NCBI GenBank assembly: GCA_002718195.1
Contig: PBDU01000011.1
Location: forward strand, 219,927 to 283,926
DNA from: Methanobacteriota archaeon
GTDB lineage: Archaea; Thermoplasmatota; Poseidoniia; Poseidoniales; Poseidoniaceae
Direction of reading: 5' to 3'
DNA length: 64,000 nt
Shown here: positions 18,681-28,690 of the stretch, in pieces
Layout of the letters: each line of letters opens with the position of its first letter
Numbering within the stretch: the first letter of the stretch is position 1
Translations under genes and position numbers: made by a program
Notes under the pieces: model-generated
The model's input: only the letters and a program-made list of their open reading frames with translations
What the model was told of the DNA's origin: nothing
Databases searched by the model: none

Positions 18681-21600
18681 ATGTACCTGAAACAGTTAGA
18701 AGTCCGAAATTTCAAGTCTTTCAAAGGGGAAGTAACGATCCCACTGGAACAGGGATTTACCGCTATCACCGGTCCAAATGGCTCTGGGAAATCTAACTGT
18801 GGAGATGCAATCCAATTCGTACTTGGGCCAAGGTCCACCAAGGTGCTAAGAGCAGGCAATGTGAAAGACCTAATTTTCAATGGTGGGGCAAAAGACAAGC
18901 CTGCCAGAGAATGTGAGGTCACCCTCGTTTTTTCCAATCCAGTTATGCCCGATGGTTCTAGGAGAATGGCATATGATTCAGATGAGGTGAAGATGACCAG
19001 ATCGGTTAGGCTCACACCTTCAAACAATACAGTTTCGGAATACACATTGAATGGCGAAGAATCCAACCGCTCTACTTTCCGAAGGTTACTTTCTTCTGCA
19101 AACGCCAGGCCTGACGGATACAATATCGTCCTCCAGGGTGACGTAGCATCTCTCTCGAAAATGAGTACGAGGGAGCGAAGAAAAGTTCTCGATGATGTAG
19201 CAGGAGTTACAAGCTACGATGATGAAATAAAGAAGGCTGGAAAACAGAGAGTAAAGGTAGAGGAATATATTGAGAGAATTCAACTTATTGAAGATGAGCA
19301 GAAGCAGAGATTAAGTGAACTCTCAAAGGAAAAGAAGCAGGCTGTAAAAGCAAAGGATTTGAAGGACTCTCTCGATTCTGCGAGGACATTGCTTCAGCAG
19401 GTAAGGTATGCTACAGTTAAAGGAGAAATTCAGTATCACAATGAGGAGAAGGTTAGGCAGTTAGAAAAGGCAAATACCTTGGACGAAGAGGTCAAAACTG
19501 GATCTAAAACATTGCTTGAACTAGATGATCAAGTTTCGGAAATAGAAAAGAAAGTTAGAGAGCAAATGGGAGAAGGCGGTGAAGAGCTATTGGAATCCAT
19601 AAATGCTCTCAAAATCACAATCGCTACATCTGGGGACAAAATTTCGGATGCAAACAAGATAATTATTGAGAATGAGGAAAAATTGGAACAAGCAAAACAA
19701 GAACTTCTTGATGCACAACAAGAACTTGAATCATTCGTTAATGATTTTTCATCATCAAATGAATCTCTGGCAAGCGCCAAGGAATCCTTGAAAGCAGCAA
19801 ATGAAAAAAGAGACAACTTGAATGAAAAACTTCAATCTTCATCTTCAACTTTGTCAAGGCTTGCTGAAGATGAAAAGAATGCTTCAGAAGCTGTGGAATC
19901 TGCTCGTAAAGCCCTGAATCTTGCCCAATCAGAGGTTGATACAGGGGCAGGTCAAGCGGAGGCTATTGTATCCCAACTAGCCGAGGCTGAATCTCGTTTT
20001 GATGAAGCAAAGATATCAGTTGGAGAGCTTGAACTGGTTGGCGAGGATTTGAAGGAACAACAAGCAGGAAATGACAGAGAAAAGTTAGCTGCTGAACTGA
20101 TGTCTGCCAACAAAGAAGAAGCATTGCTTAAAGAAGAACTTGGAGCAGTGGAAAGAAAACTTTCCCAAACCACGCAAAGGCTAGCAAGTGCAAGAGCGGA
20201 AATGGAGTCAAAATCCGGTGCTAAAGGTCTAGCAGGCGGAGCGGCTGCAGTGCTTAGGGCTAGAGATTCAGGTGAACTAAAAGGCGTAATAGGTACAATT
20301 GCTGAATTATGTGCGCCAAAAGACCAGTCGTTAGAGGTGGCACTTGCAACAGCAATCGGTGGAGGAATGGCATCCGTAGTAGTTGATAATGACCAGTGTG
20401 CTGAAGATGCAATTAAGTGGTTGAGTAGGAATAATGCTGGAAGAGCGACTTTCCTGCCTTTGAATAAATTATCCAGCACAAGGGCAGCGGGTAAGGCAGT
20501 CATGGTAGCTAGAAAGCCAGGTGTAATCGGTTTTGCTCATGATTTGTTGGATTATGATCCGAGGATAGATATCGCTGTTAAATTCGCCTTGCGAAATACC
20601 CTAATTGTCGAAAATCTCTCTGTTGCACGACAGAATATGGGTGGAGTTAGGCTAGTGACAAAAAACGGTGATGTGACTGAAGCCGGCGGAGCCATGGTCG
20701 GTGGTTCAAGAAGAAAAATGAATATCACTTTTGGCGGTAAGATTCAGGGAGCATCTGAAGTTGAGAAATTCCAGGCTGAAGTCAATAGGTTACAAGGTAT
20801 GCAATCAAGAGTCCAAGAGTCAATTGAGGCAGCCCGTGCAAAACAAAGCAGAATCAAGTCCCAACTGAATGAAGCTGGTGAAGATTCATTGACACAAAAG
20901 ATTGCGGATTGGAGAGCAGAAATCAAGTCAGCGAAATTCAAGATGTCACAGGCTCAAGGAGATGTTGCAAAAGTAGAGCGCCAGTTGACCGATTTACAAC
21001 TTCAAGCAAAGGGTAAATTATCTGCTTTAACTTATGCAGAAAAATCACTTGAACAAGCAGAACAGAACCATGACTCTGCTAAAAATGCGTTACAGGAAGC
21101 AAGCCCTGTTCATCTAAAAGAACAAATGTCTGCTGTTGAAGTTGAAATAGTGACTGCAAAATCCGAAATCACGAGAGTAGAAGAAATGCAATCTTCCGCA
21201 GATAAGCAGAAGCAGTTACTTCAGAAAGCTGTCGAAAGTTCCGATATTAAATTAACAGATATTGAAGATTCTATTGCCGAGAATAAGTCATTGATCATAG
21301 AATTAGAAGAACAAATCTCTTGTAACAAAGTTGACCTTGATGCTAAAGAAAATGAAAGATCAATTTTAATGGAATCAAATCAAGAATTAGAAGATGAGCG
21401 TAATGACCTCATCGAGAAGAGGGCAACCTTGAGAGCAAATCTAGAACAGAAGTCTGAAAATTCAAGACAAATGCGCTCAATGGCTAGTTCTATAGAGGCA
21501 ACATTAGGTTCTAAGAAAGTAGAGTTAGACAATATCTTTACTGAAATGTTCGAGGAAGGAATCTCACCAGCAGAAGAAGATGCAGATCTGCCAAATCTGA

Positions 21601-22538
21601 ATGAGGTGGAAAGATCGGTTAGAAACCTGGATAAGAAGATGGTAGCGCTTGGTCCCGTTAACTTCCTTGCTTTGGAGCAATATGAGGCATGTGAGAATAG
21701 ATTAAACGACATGAAAGATGATTTCAAATCACTACAGTCAAGAAGAAAAGAATTGATTGAGGTTACTGAACTTTTGGAGAGCCAGCGAACAGAAAGAATC
21801 ACTAGTGTACTTTCTGAAGTGAACAAGAATTTCAAGGAAGTTTACAAGATTTTGAGCAACGGTGGAGAAGGAGAGCTATTCTTTGATAATCCAGACAATC
21901 CATTCCAGGGTGGATTGGACATGTGGGCAAGACCACGTGGAAAGTCGAGTAAGTGTTCGCTAGCCGGCTTAAGTGGAGGAGAGCAATCAGTTGCCGCTCT
22001 GGCATTGATTTTTGCGATTCAGGATTATGATCCATCTCCGTTCTACTACTTTGATGAAGTCGACCAGAATTTGGATGGTGATAACTCCTACAGAATTGCA
22101 GACATGTGTAGGCAAAGAAGTAAGCAAGCACAATTCATTATGGTGACATTGAGGAAGGTCAGCTTAGGTTTAGCAGATCACCACATTGGAATTACTCACG
22201 GAGGAGATGGATGTTCTCGCAGAATCATGGACTTTGACCGTGAAAGAGCCATACAAGTTGGTGAAGAGGCGCGTATTGAGCAAGAGGCTGCTATGAAACA
22301 AAACAAGATTTTGAGCAGCGAATCCCAAGCATTCCAAGATGCTATGCCTAGTGTCCCAGAAGAACTGGATACTCCGATTAGTCTGGGAGGGTCAAACTCC
22401 TTCGAAGGTTTAGCAGAAAGAACTGAGGAAATGACAGAAGATATTGAGGAAAGACAGTCAGTGTCTTCAGAAATTCTTGCTATGGAAAAGGAATCTCAAG
22501 AAGATGAAGTTAGCAGTGAACAAGTCGAGGTAGAGTGA
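18681..22538 (+). CDS. smc: Chromosome segregation protein SMC
   Basis: GPNGSGKSN, coiled coils, hinge GRATFLPL, LSGGEQ and FDEVD. Confidence 0.98.
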   Translation: MYLKQLEVRNFKSFKGEVTIPLEQGFTAITGPNGSGKSNCGDAIQFVLGPRSTKVLRAGNVKDLIFNGGAKDKPARECEVTLVFSNPVMPDGSRRMAYDSDEVKMTRSVRLTPSNNTVSEYTLNGEESNRSTFRRLLSSANARPDGYNIVLQGDVASLSKMSTRERRKVLDDVAGVTSYDDEIKKAGKQRVKVEEYIERIQLIEDEQKQRLSELSKEKKQAVKAKDLKDSLDSARTLLQQVRYATVKGEIQYHNEEKVRQLEKANTLDEEVKTGSKTLLELDDQVSEIEKKVREQMGEGGEELLESINALKITIATSGDKISDANKIIIENEEKLEQAKQELLDAQQELESFVNDFSSSNESLASAKESLKAANEKRDNLNEKLQSSSSTLSRLAEDEKNASEAVESARKALNLAQSEVDTGAGQAEAIVSQLAEAESRFDEAKISVGELELVGEDLKEQQAGNDREKLAAELMSANKEEALLKEELGAVERKLSQTTQRLASARAEMESKSGAKGLAGGAAAVLRARDSGELKGVIGTIAELCAPKDQSLEVALATAIGGGMASVVVDNDQCAEDAIKWLSRNNAGRATFLPLNKLSSTRAAGKAVMVARKPGVIGFAHDLLDYDPRIDIAVKFALRNTLIVENLSVARQNMGGVRLVTKNGDVTEAGGAMVGGSRRKMNITFGGKIQGASEVEKFQAEVNRLQGMQSRVQESIEAARAKQSRIKSQLNEAGEDSLTQKIADWRAEIKSAKFKMSQAQGDVAKVERQLTDLQLQAKGKLSALTYAEKSLEQAEQNHDSAKNALQEASPVHLKEQMSAVEVEIVTAKSEITRVEEMQSSADKQKQLLQKAVESSDIKLTDIEDSIAENKSLIIELEEQISCNKVDLDAKENERSILMESNQELEDERNDLIEKRATLRANLEQKSENSRQMRSMASSIEATLGSKKVELDNIFTEMFEEGISPAEEDADLPNLNEVERSVRNLDKKMVALGPVNFLALEQYEACENRLNDMKDDFKSLQSRRKELIEVTELLESQRTERITSVLSEVNKNFKEVYKILSNGGEGELFFDNPDNPFQGGLDMWARPRGKSSKCSLAGLSGGEQSVAALALIFAIQDYDPSPFYYFDEVDQNLDGDNSYRIADMCRQRSKQAQFIMVTLRKVSLGLADHHIGITHGGDGCSRRIMDFDRERAIQVGEEARIEQEAAMKQNKILSSESQAFQDAMPSVPEELDTPISLGGSNSFEGLAERTEEMTEDIEERQSVSSEILAMEKESQEDEVSSEQVEVE

Positions 22539-23689
22539 GATATATGCTTGAACAACCCACTCTCGACCGCTGGTTGCTAAAACAAGATGTCATAGATCAG
22601 TTGGTTAATGTCGGTGAAGATTCAAACGAGGCTGAGGATTTTGCAAATAGAATTCTCTCGATAGCAAATACCGAGGAAGCAGAATTTCATACGATTTCGG
22701 ACCCTGTTGATAGATCGATTGCACTCGTACTTTCTTTGGTAAAATCTGAAGGTTTAGATGCCTGGAATATTGATTTGAAAGCATTTTTATCCGTATTTTC
22801 CAAACGAGTCAAGGCTTCTAATGACCTTGACTTACCAGCGTGTGGAAGACTGATTAGGATGGCTTGGGAAGTTTTGCATAACCAAACAGAATCATTCTAT
22901 GATAGGGTTCAAATCGTTGAGGATGAAGATTTCCTTGATGATTTTGAAATGGACTGGCATGAATCATACGATGATGAGGAATATTACTTCACAACTGGCG
23001 TAATCTCAGGAGAATTCGATTCAGAATTGCCTAATCTTTTCGAAGAGAGGGTTAGGAGAGACGAGGGAAGACCAGTGACACTTGGAGAACTGTTGAGCGC
23101 ATTCAAAATGGCTGCTGACGAAGCAGAGGTTCTCAAGCAGAGGGAAAACAACCGTAAGCGTCATGCAATTGAATTGCAAGATTATCTCTCTAATGTTGGC
23201 GGTAGGATGCATGATGAAGACCTTGAGGGGGATATTGAACGCTCTTGGAGGGCGTTAAAACAATCATGCATGATAAATAAATCATCGGTAGTTGAATTAT
23301 CGGAAGTAATCGTTCAGCTGCGTGAAATTTTGATTGCTGAGAAGGGAGAAGTCCTGGGAGAAATAAGGGATGATGCTGAGGTTTCGTCGCTAATTTCTGG
23401 ATTATTTTTGACACATCGTAAAATAGCATCTATTTCTCAAGAAGAGGTTCCATATGGTCCAATTTTAATCGAGGATTTGTGGCCTAAATTTGATGATTAC
23501 AACGAATTAATAGCTAATTTAAGAAGTCTGGAAGAAAAAGAGTCTGAGGAATCAAAATCTGAGATACTCCCTTCAGAAAGATTGGCAAATAGGCTCGCTC
23601 AAAGGGCTAAGGAAGCGGAAATCGAGATGGAGAGAGAGAAACAACTCATCGAAGAAAATCAGAATAACACAGATTGGATGGTGGAATGA
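22535..23689 (+). CDS. scpA: Segregation/condensation kleisin ScpA
   Basis: LDAWNIDL and RPVTLGELL motifs; GTGA overlap with smc. Confidence 0.85.
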   Translation: MRYMLEQPTLDRWLLKQDVIDQLVNVGEDSNEAEDFANRILSIANTEEAEFHTISDPVDRSIALVLSLVKSEGLDAWNIDLKAFLSVFSKRVKASNDLDLPACGRLIRMAWEVLHNQTESFYDRVQIVEDEDFLDDFEMDWHESYDDEEYYFTTGVISGEFDSELPNLFEERVRRDEGRPVTLGELLSAFKMAADEAEVLKQRENNRKRHAIELQDYLSNVGGRMHDEDLEGDIERSWRALKQSCMINKSSVVELSEVIVQLREILIAEKGEVLGEIRDDAEVSSLISGLFLTHRKIASISQEEVPYGPILIEDLWPKFDDYNELIANLRSLEEKESEESKSEILPSERLANRLAQRAKEAEIEMEREKQLIEENQNNTDWMVE

Positions 23690-24297
23690 TGACTGAAATG
23701 CCAATAGAAACTCTGCTTGAAGCCACTTTATTTGGTGCTGGGAAGACAATGAGTGTCACCGATATTTCAGAATCCCTTGGTTACAGCGAGCAAGAAGTAT
23801 TAGATGGATTACAATCCCTTCAAGCCACGATGAAAAGAAGAAAGAATGGTTCTCTAAGACTTACTGAAATTTCAAAGAAATGGGTAATGGAAGTTAAACC
23901 ATCTATTGCAGATCATTTACCAAAAGATACCAAGGCAGAAATAGCCCCTAAGTTATTGAAGGCTGCTTCAATAATTGCATATCATCAACCAATCACTCAA
24001 TCAGATCTAGTCAAATTAATGGGTCCAAAAGCCTACGATTACGTTCGTGAGTTAGCCCAAAGAGGCATGGTCGATAGAAGGAAAGACGGCGTCACAAGGA
24101 GATTAACAACTACTCGTAGATTTAGTGAGTACTTTGGATGCCCTCATACTGAAAGAAAGAAAGTGAAAGCCTGGTTTAGGGATATGGTCAAAGAAGCAGG
24201 ATTGCTGGATGGCATGGAAACAGCGGTTATTCTTGAGGAACAAAACGATGAACCAGTACAGTTAACTCTGCCATTAAACGAGGACAATCAAGATTGA
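23686..24297 (+). CDS. scpB: Segregation/condensation protein ScpB
   Basis: LEATLF, IIAYHQPITQ and TTRRFSEYFG; ATGA overlap with scpA. Confidence 0.92.
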   Translation: MMTEMPIETLLEATLFGAGKTMSVTDISESLGYSEQEVLDGLQSLQATMKRRKNGSLRLTEISKKWVMEVKPSIADHLPKDTKAEIAPKLLKAASIIAYHQPITQSDLVKLMGPKAYDYVRELAQRGMVDRRKDGVTRRLTTTRRFSEYFGCPHTERKKVKAWFRDMVKEAGLLDGMETAVILEEQNDEPVQLTLPLNEDNQD

Positions 24298-25589
24298 TTG
24301 CGTAAATCAGCAAGAATTTTTTCCGCTAGAGATTGTGTTCTAGGACCATCAAAGTTCCTTAGTTTGGTTGCCACAATCTCAATTTCTTCTCCTTCAGCAC
24401 CCGCTGAAACAGCCATGTTTCTTGCGTGTAGTTTCATGTGTCCTTGTTGGATTCCTTCGGTTGCAAGTGCTCTCATGGCACCTAGATTTTGTGCTAGCCC
24501 TGCAGCAGCCATGATATTTCCTAACTCAGTAGCTGATTCAACACCTAGCAATGCAAGATTTGCTCTTGCTGCTGGATGGACCTTAGATGCTCCTCCGACC
24601 GTCCCAACAGCCATCGGCAGCTCAATATTGCCGACTAAATTACCATCTTCGTCTTTGTACCAATCTGACATTGAAGTGTAGTTTTCTGATTTAATTGCAG
24701 CATAAGCATGACAACCTGCTTCTATTGCTCTCCAGTCTTGTCCACAAGCAATTCCGACTGGAGATATGGCATTCATTATCCCTTTATTGTGGGTTGCAGC
24801 ACGATATGGGTCTGATACTGCGAAATGGAATGCTTCGATAATTCTGTCAATTACTAGCAGACCATCCTCTCTATTTCCAGATTTTACCATTTCCTCTGGG
24901 GGGAATTTAGCCGTGATTCTACTAAGTCTCAAGTCTGCTAAATTTGACAAAATTTTGAGTGCTACTCTACCTTTGGTAAGTTTTTCTAAATCAGGGGCAA
25001 TTAATTCTGACATAGTGTTGACTGCGTTTGCGCCCATTGCATCTCTACAATCTACATGCAAGTGTACTATCAGCATCTTTCCAATTTTGGTTTCGATTAC
25101 TCTTGTGATTATGTCTTTACACCCTCCACCCAATGCAATCATTCTACTAGGAAGGGAATTACATTTGTCTACTAATTCTTGCTTAGATCGATTTATCGAT
25201 TCAATAGCATCATCGAAATTTTCAATTTCCAAAATCTGAATTTGTCCAATCATTATAGGTTCATCAGAATTGGAAAAAAATCCTCCTGTGGACCGACATC
25301 TCTTGGCAATGTTGGATGCTGCAGCTACTACGGACGATTCTTCTATGCAAAATGGGATGATGTATTCTTTGCCGTCTACGATGAAGTTAGTTGCAACCCC
25401 AACAGGTAGAGACATAGTGCCAATTACATTTTCAATCATCCGATCTGCTGAATCTTCTGACAATTCACCTGTTGAAGCCCAAGCTAGTGCCTGGTTATCG
25501 TCTAAGGATGCTAATTTTCTTACAATATCTCTGCGCTCTTCAACGCTCAGGCGAAAAAAGCCACTTAGCCGACTATCCTCTACTGGCAT
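24288..25589 (-). CDS. mvaA: Class II (bacterial-type) HMG-CoA reductase
   Basis: ENVIG, EESSVVAA, DAMGAN, THNKG and GIQQGHMKLH. Confidence 0.95.
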   Translation of the reverse strand: MPVEDSRLSGFFRLSVEERRDIVRKLASLDDNQALAWASTGELSEDSADRMIENVIGTMSLPVGVATNFIVDGKEYIIPFCIEESSVVAAASNIAKRCRSTGGFFSNSDEPIMIGQIQILEIENFDDAIESINRSKQELVDKCNSLPSRMIALGGGCKDIITRVIETKIGKMLIVHLHVDCRDAMGANAVNTMSELIAPDLEKLTKGRVALKILSNLADLRLSRITAKFPPEEMVKSGNREDGLLVIDRIIEAFHFAVSDPYRAATHNKGIMNAISPVGIACGQDWRAIEAGCHAYAAIKSENYTSMSDWYKDEDGNLVGNIELPMAVGTVGGASKVHPAARANLALLGVESATELGNIMAAAGLAQNLGAMRALATEGIQQGHMKLHARNMAVSAGAEGEEIEIVATKLRNFDGPRTQSLAEKILADLRNQS

Positions 25590-25664
25590 GGCTATCCCAG
25601 TCCTATTTATCACATGACTATTCCGTTTTATTGGCTTTGATGTTCTAAGTCCAAATCAATTAAA

Positions 25665-25780
25665 ATTAACGCTTATTAACGCTTTAAACTAACGTTAACT
25701 AACTGTTAATTGAGCGTTAATGTAGAGGAAATAGGTACAAAAGAAGCATTCGGGTAAGTTGAATGACGCTAATTAACGCT
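25665..25780. repeat. Array of phased 9-bp repeats (ATTAACGCT) in the divergent mvaA / AAA+ intergenic region
   Basis: Exact copies at 25665, 25675, 25772 (+) and 25713 (-). Variants at 25688, 25698, 25762 (+) and 25691, 25702 (-). Neighbouring copies are mostly 10-11 bp apart. Confidence 0.85.
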
Positions 25781-25848
25781 TTGTACACTCCCTTGAATTA
25801 AGATAAACTCATAAACCAAATTGGAGATGTTTTGTTATTGGGGATTTT

Positions 25849-27657
25849 ATGATACAAATTGAGTTTCCACAGTTAGAAATGAATCCTTTCATGCTCAAAC
25901 CAATCAAAAACGACCAAGGAAACCTTTTTTCAGGTAGGGAAAGAGAATTAGCCACAATTTCCACTTACATCAAGTTCAGATCCTCTAGATTTGCAGTAGT
26001 TCATGGTCCCAAAGGGATAGGTAAAACCTCTTTTCTCAATGTGGTTTCAAATGCCTCTTCGATGCCTGTTTTGATAGATTCTATCCAAATAGATTCGCCA
26101 TACAATTCGCTTATTGAAGGTGTTTATTCAGCAATGATTGGTTATGATATTCCAAGTAATTGGAGGCAGATTGAAAGCGATTTAGAAAAAGCAACCAATT
26201 CTTATTCAGGTCCGCTACCATTCATAGCAATAGATGCCCCAGATTTGCCGTTAGAGAGCCTTTCTAGGCTTATTGGTAGGTTTGCTAGCCTTGCAGAAAA
26301 ACTTGAGGTTATGACGATTTTTTCATTAGATTCCGATGTTTTCCAGAATTTACCCCTAGACGCCAAGAAAAAGTTTGACCTAGTAATGCCTCTGGACCCT
26401 TTGGAGAGCGACGAAGTTGCTAAGCTGGTGGAATCCAGAGTTAAGTCTGCAGGAGTTGATTGGAAATGTTCTGATGATGTCTCTCAGTCATTATTGGACC
26501 AGTTTAATGGTAATCCTGGGGAAACAATAGTCCAATTAAGGGATTATGTTGATGCCATTTTCTTCGATCTTAGTGGTAACAGTATGGCGAATGTTTACAA
26601 TAACATGAAAAATCAATCATCCGAATTAGATCCATTAGTGGAGAAGTTCAATGATGAGATAATCGATATTGTAGCAAACGATGATGAGGAATCAGTTGAT
26701 GAAATAGTAGAACAAGAAAAACATAGGGAAACAGAAGATGACCTCAAGAAAGTTTATTCTAGTCCAAGCACAGAATTTTATTCCAATGATGAACATGATT
26801 TGTCAAATCCAGAAGGAAATTCCTCCGATTCAAGTTCTGATGATTTAATAGATGATTTGATATTCCCTGAATTTGAGGAATTCAACTTAGATTTTGACAA
26901 ATTGGATGAGATGAAGCAAAGCGAAAATGTGCCATCTAAACCAGTTAAAATGCCATCTGGAGGCTTATCAGGGCTAAGAGCAAGAATGAATTCATATGAT
27001 GATAAAAATCAAGATTCTGTTGACCTTAAGATTGCAGATTCAGACGACAGTGCATCGATCTGGGTTTCTCAAGAAGCACCTTTATTCGGACATGAAGAAA
27101 AAGAAATGCATGTTGAAGAAGATGAGATGGAACTAGATTTAGTAGAGATAGATCAAGAACCAAATTACTTTGATTCATTGGCAGAAAGGTCCTACTCAAG
27201 TGATATTTTGGATAATAATGATACAAATGGAGAAGATAATAACGAGAAATTAGTAAAAATGCTGCAAGATATTTTGCTTGGTAAAAACCATAATTCCGTT
27301 CGAGAGAACGTTACCAAAGTGTCTAAAATTGTCGAGTCTTTGATGTCATTGAATGAGCCCAAGGAGAATCTTGAACAAGAGAGACCGCTTGAAATAAGCA
27401 TTTTCACTAATCTCAACAAGAAAGAAGCCAAGGTACTAGCCAAAGGAATTGACAAAGAAATAACTCCTAGCGATAAGGAAATTCTTGAGGAATTGGATGT
27501 GAAAAGACCTCGACTCTCTCAAATATGCAATAAATTACAGAAAAGTGGAGTTTTCAAAAGTAAGAAAATCGGAAGGTCGAGGTATTTTTCAATAACCTCT
27601 ACTGCTAAAGCGCAAATGAAAGCGTGGGGTATGTTAGACCAGGGAGGTGAATATTGA
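25849..27657 (+). CDS. Uncharacterised AAA+/STAND-like ATPase with a long acidic linker and C-terminal winged helix
   Basis: FSGRERE...GPKGIGKT, Walker-B-like FIAIDA, D/E-rich middle region and a C-terminal ...RPRLSQICNKLQKSGVFKSKKIGRSRYFSIT wHTH pattern. Confidence 0.75.
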   Translation: MIQIEFPQLEMNPFMLKPIKNDQGNLFSGRERELATISTYIKFRSSRFAVVHGPKGIGKTSFLNVVSNASSMPVLIDSIQIDSPYNSLIEGVYSAMIGYDIPSNWRQIESDLEKATNSYSGPLPFIAIDAPDLPLESLSRLIGRFASLAEKLEVMTIFSLDSDVFQNLPLDAKKKFDLVMPLDPLESDEVAKLVESRVKSAGVDWKCSDDVSQSLLDQFNGNPGETIVQLRDYVDAIFFDLSGNSMANVYNNMKNQSSELDPLVEKFNDEIIDIVANDDEESVDEIVEQEKHRETEDDLKKVYSSPSTEFYSNDEHDLSNPEGNSSDSSSDDLIDDLIFPEFEEFNLDFDKLDEMKQSENVPSKPVKMPSGGLSGLRARMNSYDDKNQDSVDLKIADSDDSASIWVSQEAPLFGHEEKEMHVEEDEMELDLVEIDQEPNYFDSLAERSYSSDILDNNDTNGEDNNEKLVKMLQDILLGKNHNSVRENVTKVSKIVESLMSLNEPKENLEQERPLEISIFTNLNKKEAKVLAKGIDKEITPSDKEILEELDVKRPRLSQICNKLQKSGVFKSKKIGRSRYFSITSTAKAQMKAWGMLDQGGEY

Positions 27658-28688
27658 TGTGGACAGTTTCGTGGTCTTGGCAAGCAGAAACAAGAGTTTC
27701 AACTATCCATTCAGTAAATTCAGGAGTGATTGTTTCTCATGGACTCAAGATGACTTATTTCTCTCCAGAAGGGAGAACCAATTGGGAAATTTCAGTGCCT
27801 TTCAAGGTGCATTGTATAAGACAATCAGGAAATTCAGTCTTGATTTTAGCAGCGCATGCTTTTTACTTACTCAATATAGAAGATGGAGACTATCTGATGA
27901 ATGGAAAGGCTACATTCAAAGGATTCAAGGATGCCATAGGAAGACCCGGTGGTGGATGGATTTTATCCGGTAGAAATGGTAATATCCACATATTTTCACA
28001 AGATGGAATTGGAATTAAAAGGATTGGATTTGGGAAAATAAGAAAATTAGTCGGCTGGATTGACAGGGATAATTTACTCGTACACAAAGACGATGGACGC
28101 TTAGCAGTGATTTCTTTTGGCAGGACCGATCAAATCAAAGATGTTTCTGAACACATCTGGTCATGGGTATCGAATCTCGAGAAAGGAAAGATGCTAATGC
28201 AGGGAGGAAATGGGGGTCTCTTCCAAGGAATCCCTAACAAGTACGATTGGGATAGTCTCGAAAATCTTGAAAACAGAGACCTTGAACCTATGCAGGCATC
28301 TTGGCTAGAAGATGGTTGGTGGGTTATGCACATTGATGGCTCACTTCATAATATTTCAGGCATTGAATCCGATGCAAACATGCTAGGTAAGGGTATGAAT
28401 CTTGGTGATTTGCTCGATTCTTCTTCATCTGAGATGTTCGTTAGTGGTAATAAATCAGGATTAATCAGGTACTGGTTGAGTGAATCATCAGCCAATATGA
28501 TCGCAGAGCTAAAATCTCAAGAACGTGCTCAAAAAGCGAGCCAAGAGGTCTGGGTTGCAAGGAAGGAAATCTTTGCATTGGCTCAAGAGAATGAGGCTAA
28601 TGGAAATTATGAATCTGCAATTGATTTGTATAAAAAGTTAGGAAGAGATAACGAAGTCAAAAGATTGCGCAAGAAAATGAGGGACTAA
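27657..28688 (+). CDS. Beta-propeller (WD40/PQQ-like) protein with a C-terminal TPR-like helix pair
   Basis: Trp/Gly-rich beta repeats and ALAQENEANGNYESAIDLYKKLG. TGATG coupling, with SD GGAGGTGA at 27643-27650. Confidence 0.55.
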   Translation: MWTVSWSWQAETRVSTIHSVNSGVIVSHGLKMTYFSPEGRTNWEISVPFKVHCIRQSGNSVLILAAHAFYLLNIEDGDYLMNGKATFKGFKDAIGRPGGGWILSGRNGNIHIFSQDGIGIKRIGFGKIRKLVGWIDRDNLLVHKDDGRLAVISFGRTDQIKDVSEHIWSWVSNLEKGKMLMQGGNGGLFQGIPNKYDWDSLENLENRDLEPMQASWLEDGWWVMHIDGSLHNISGIESDANMLGKGMNLGDLLDSSSSEMFVSGNKSGLIRYWLSESSANMIAELKSQERAQKASQEVWVARKEIFALAQENEANGNYESAIDLYKKLGRDNEVKRLRKKMRD

Positions 28689-28690
28689 TA

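Noticed and set aside
24288-25589. Bacterial-type HMG-CoA reductase (and gyrase) as novel transfers
   Set aside because: Both are already established in Thermoplasmatota and other euryarchaea.
25665-25780. Repeat array as a CRISPR or mini-CRISPR
   Set aside because: Units are 9 bp with 1-4 bp gaps and no spacers; no cas genes in the window.
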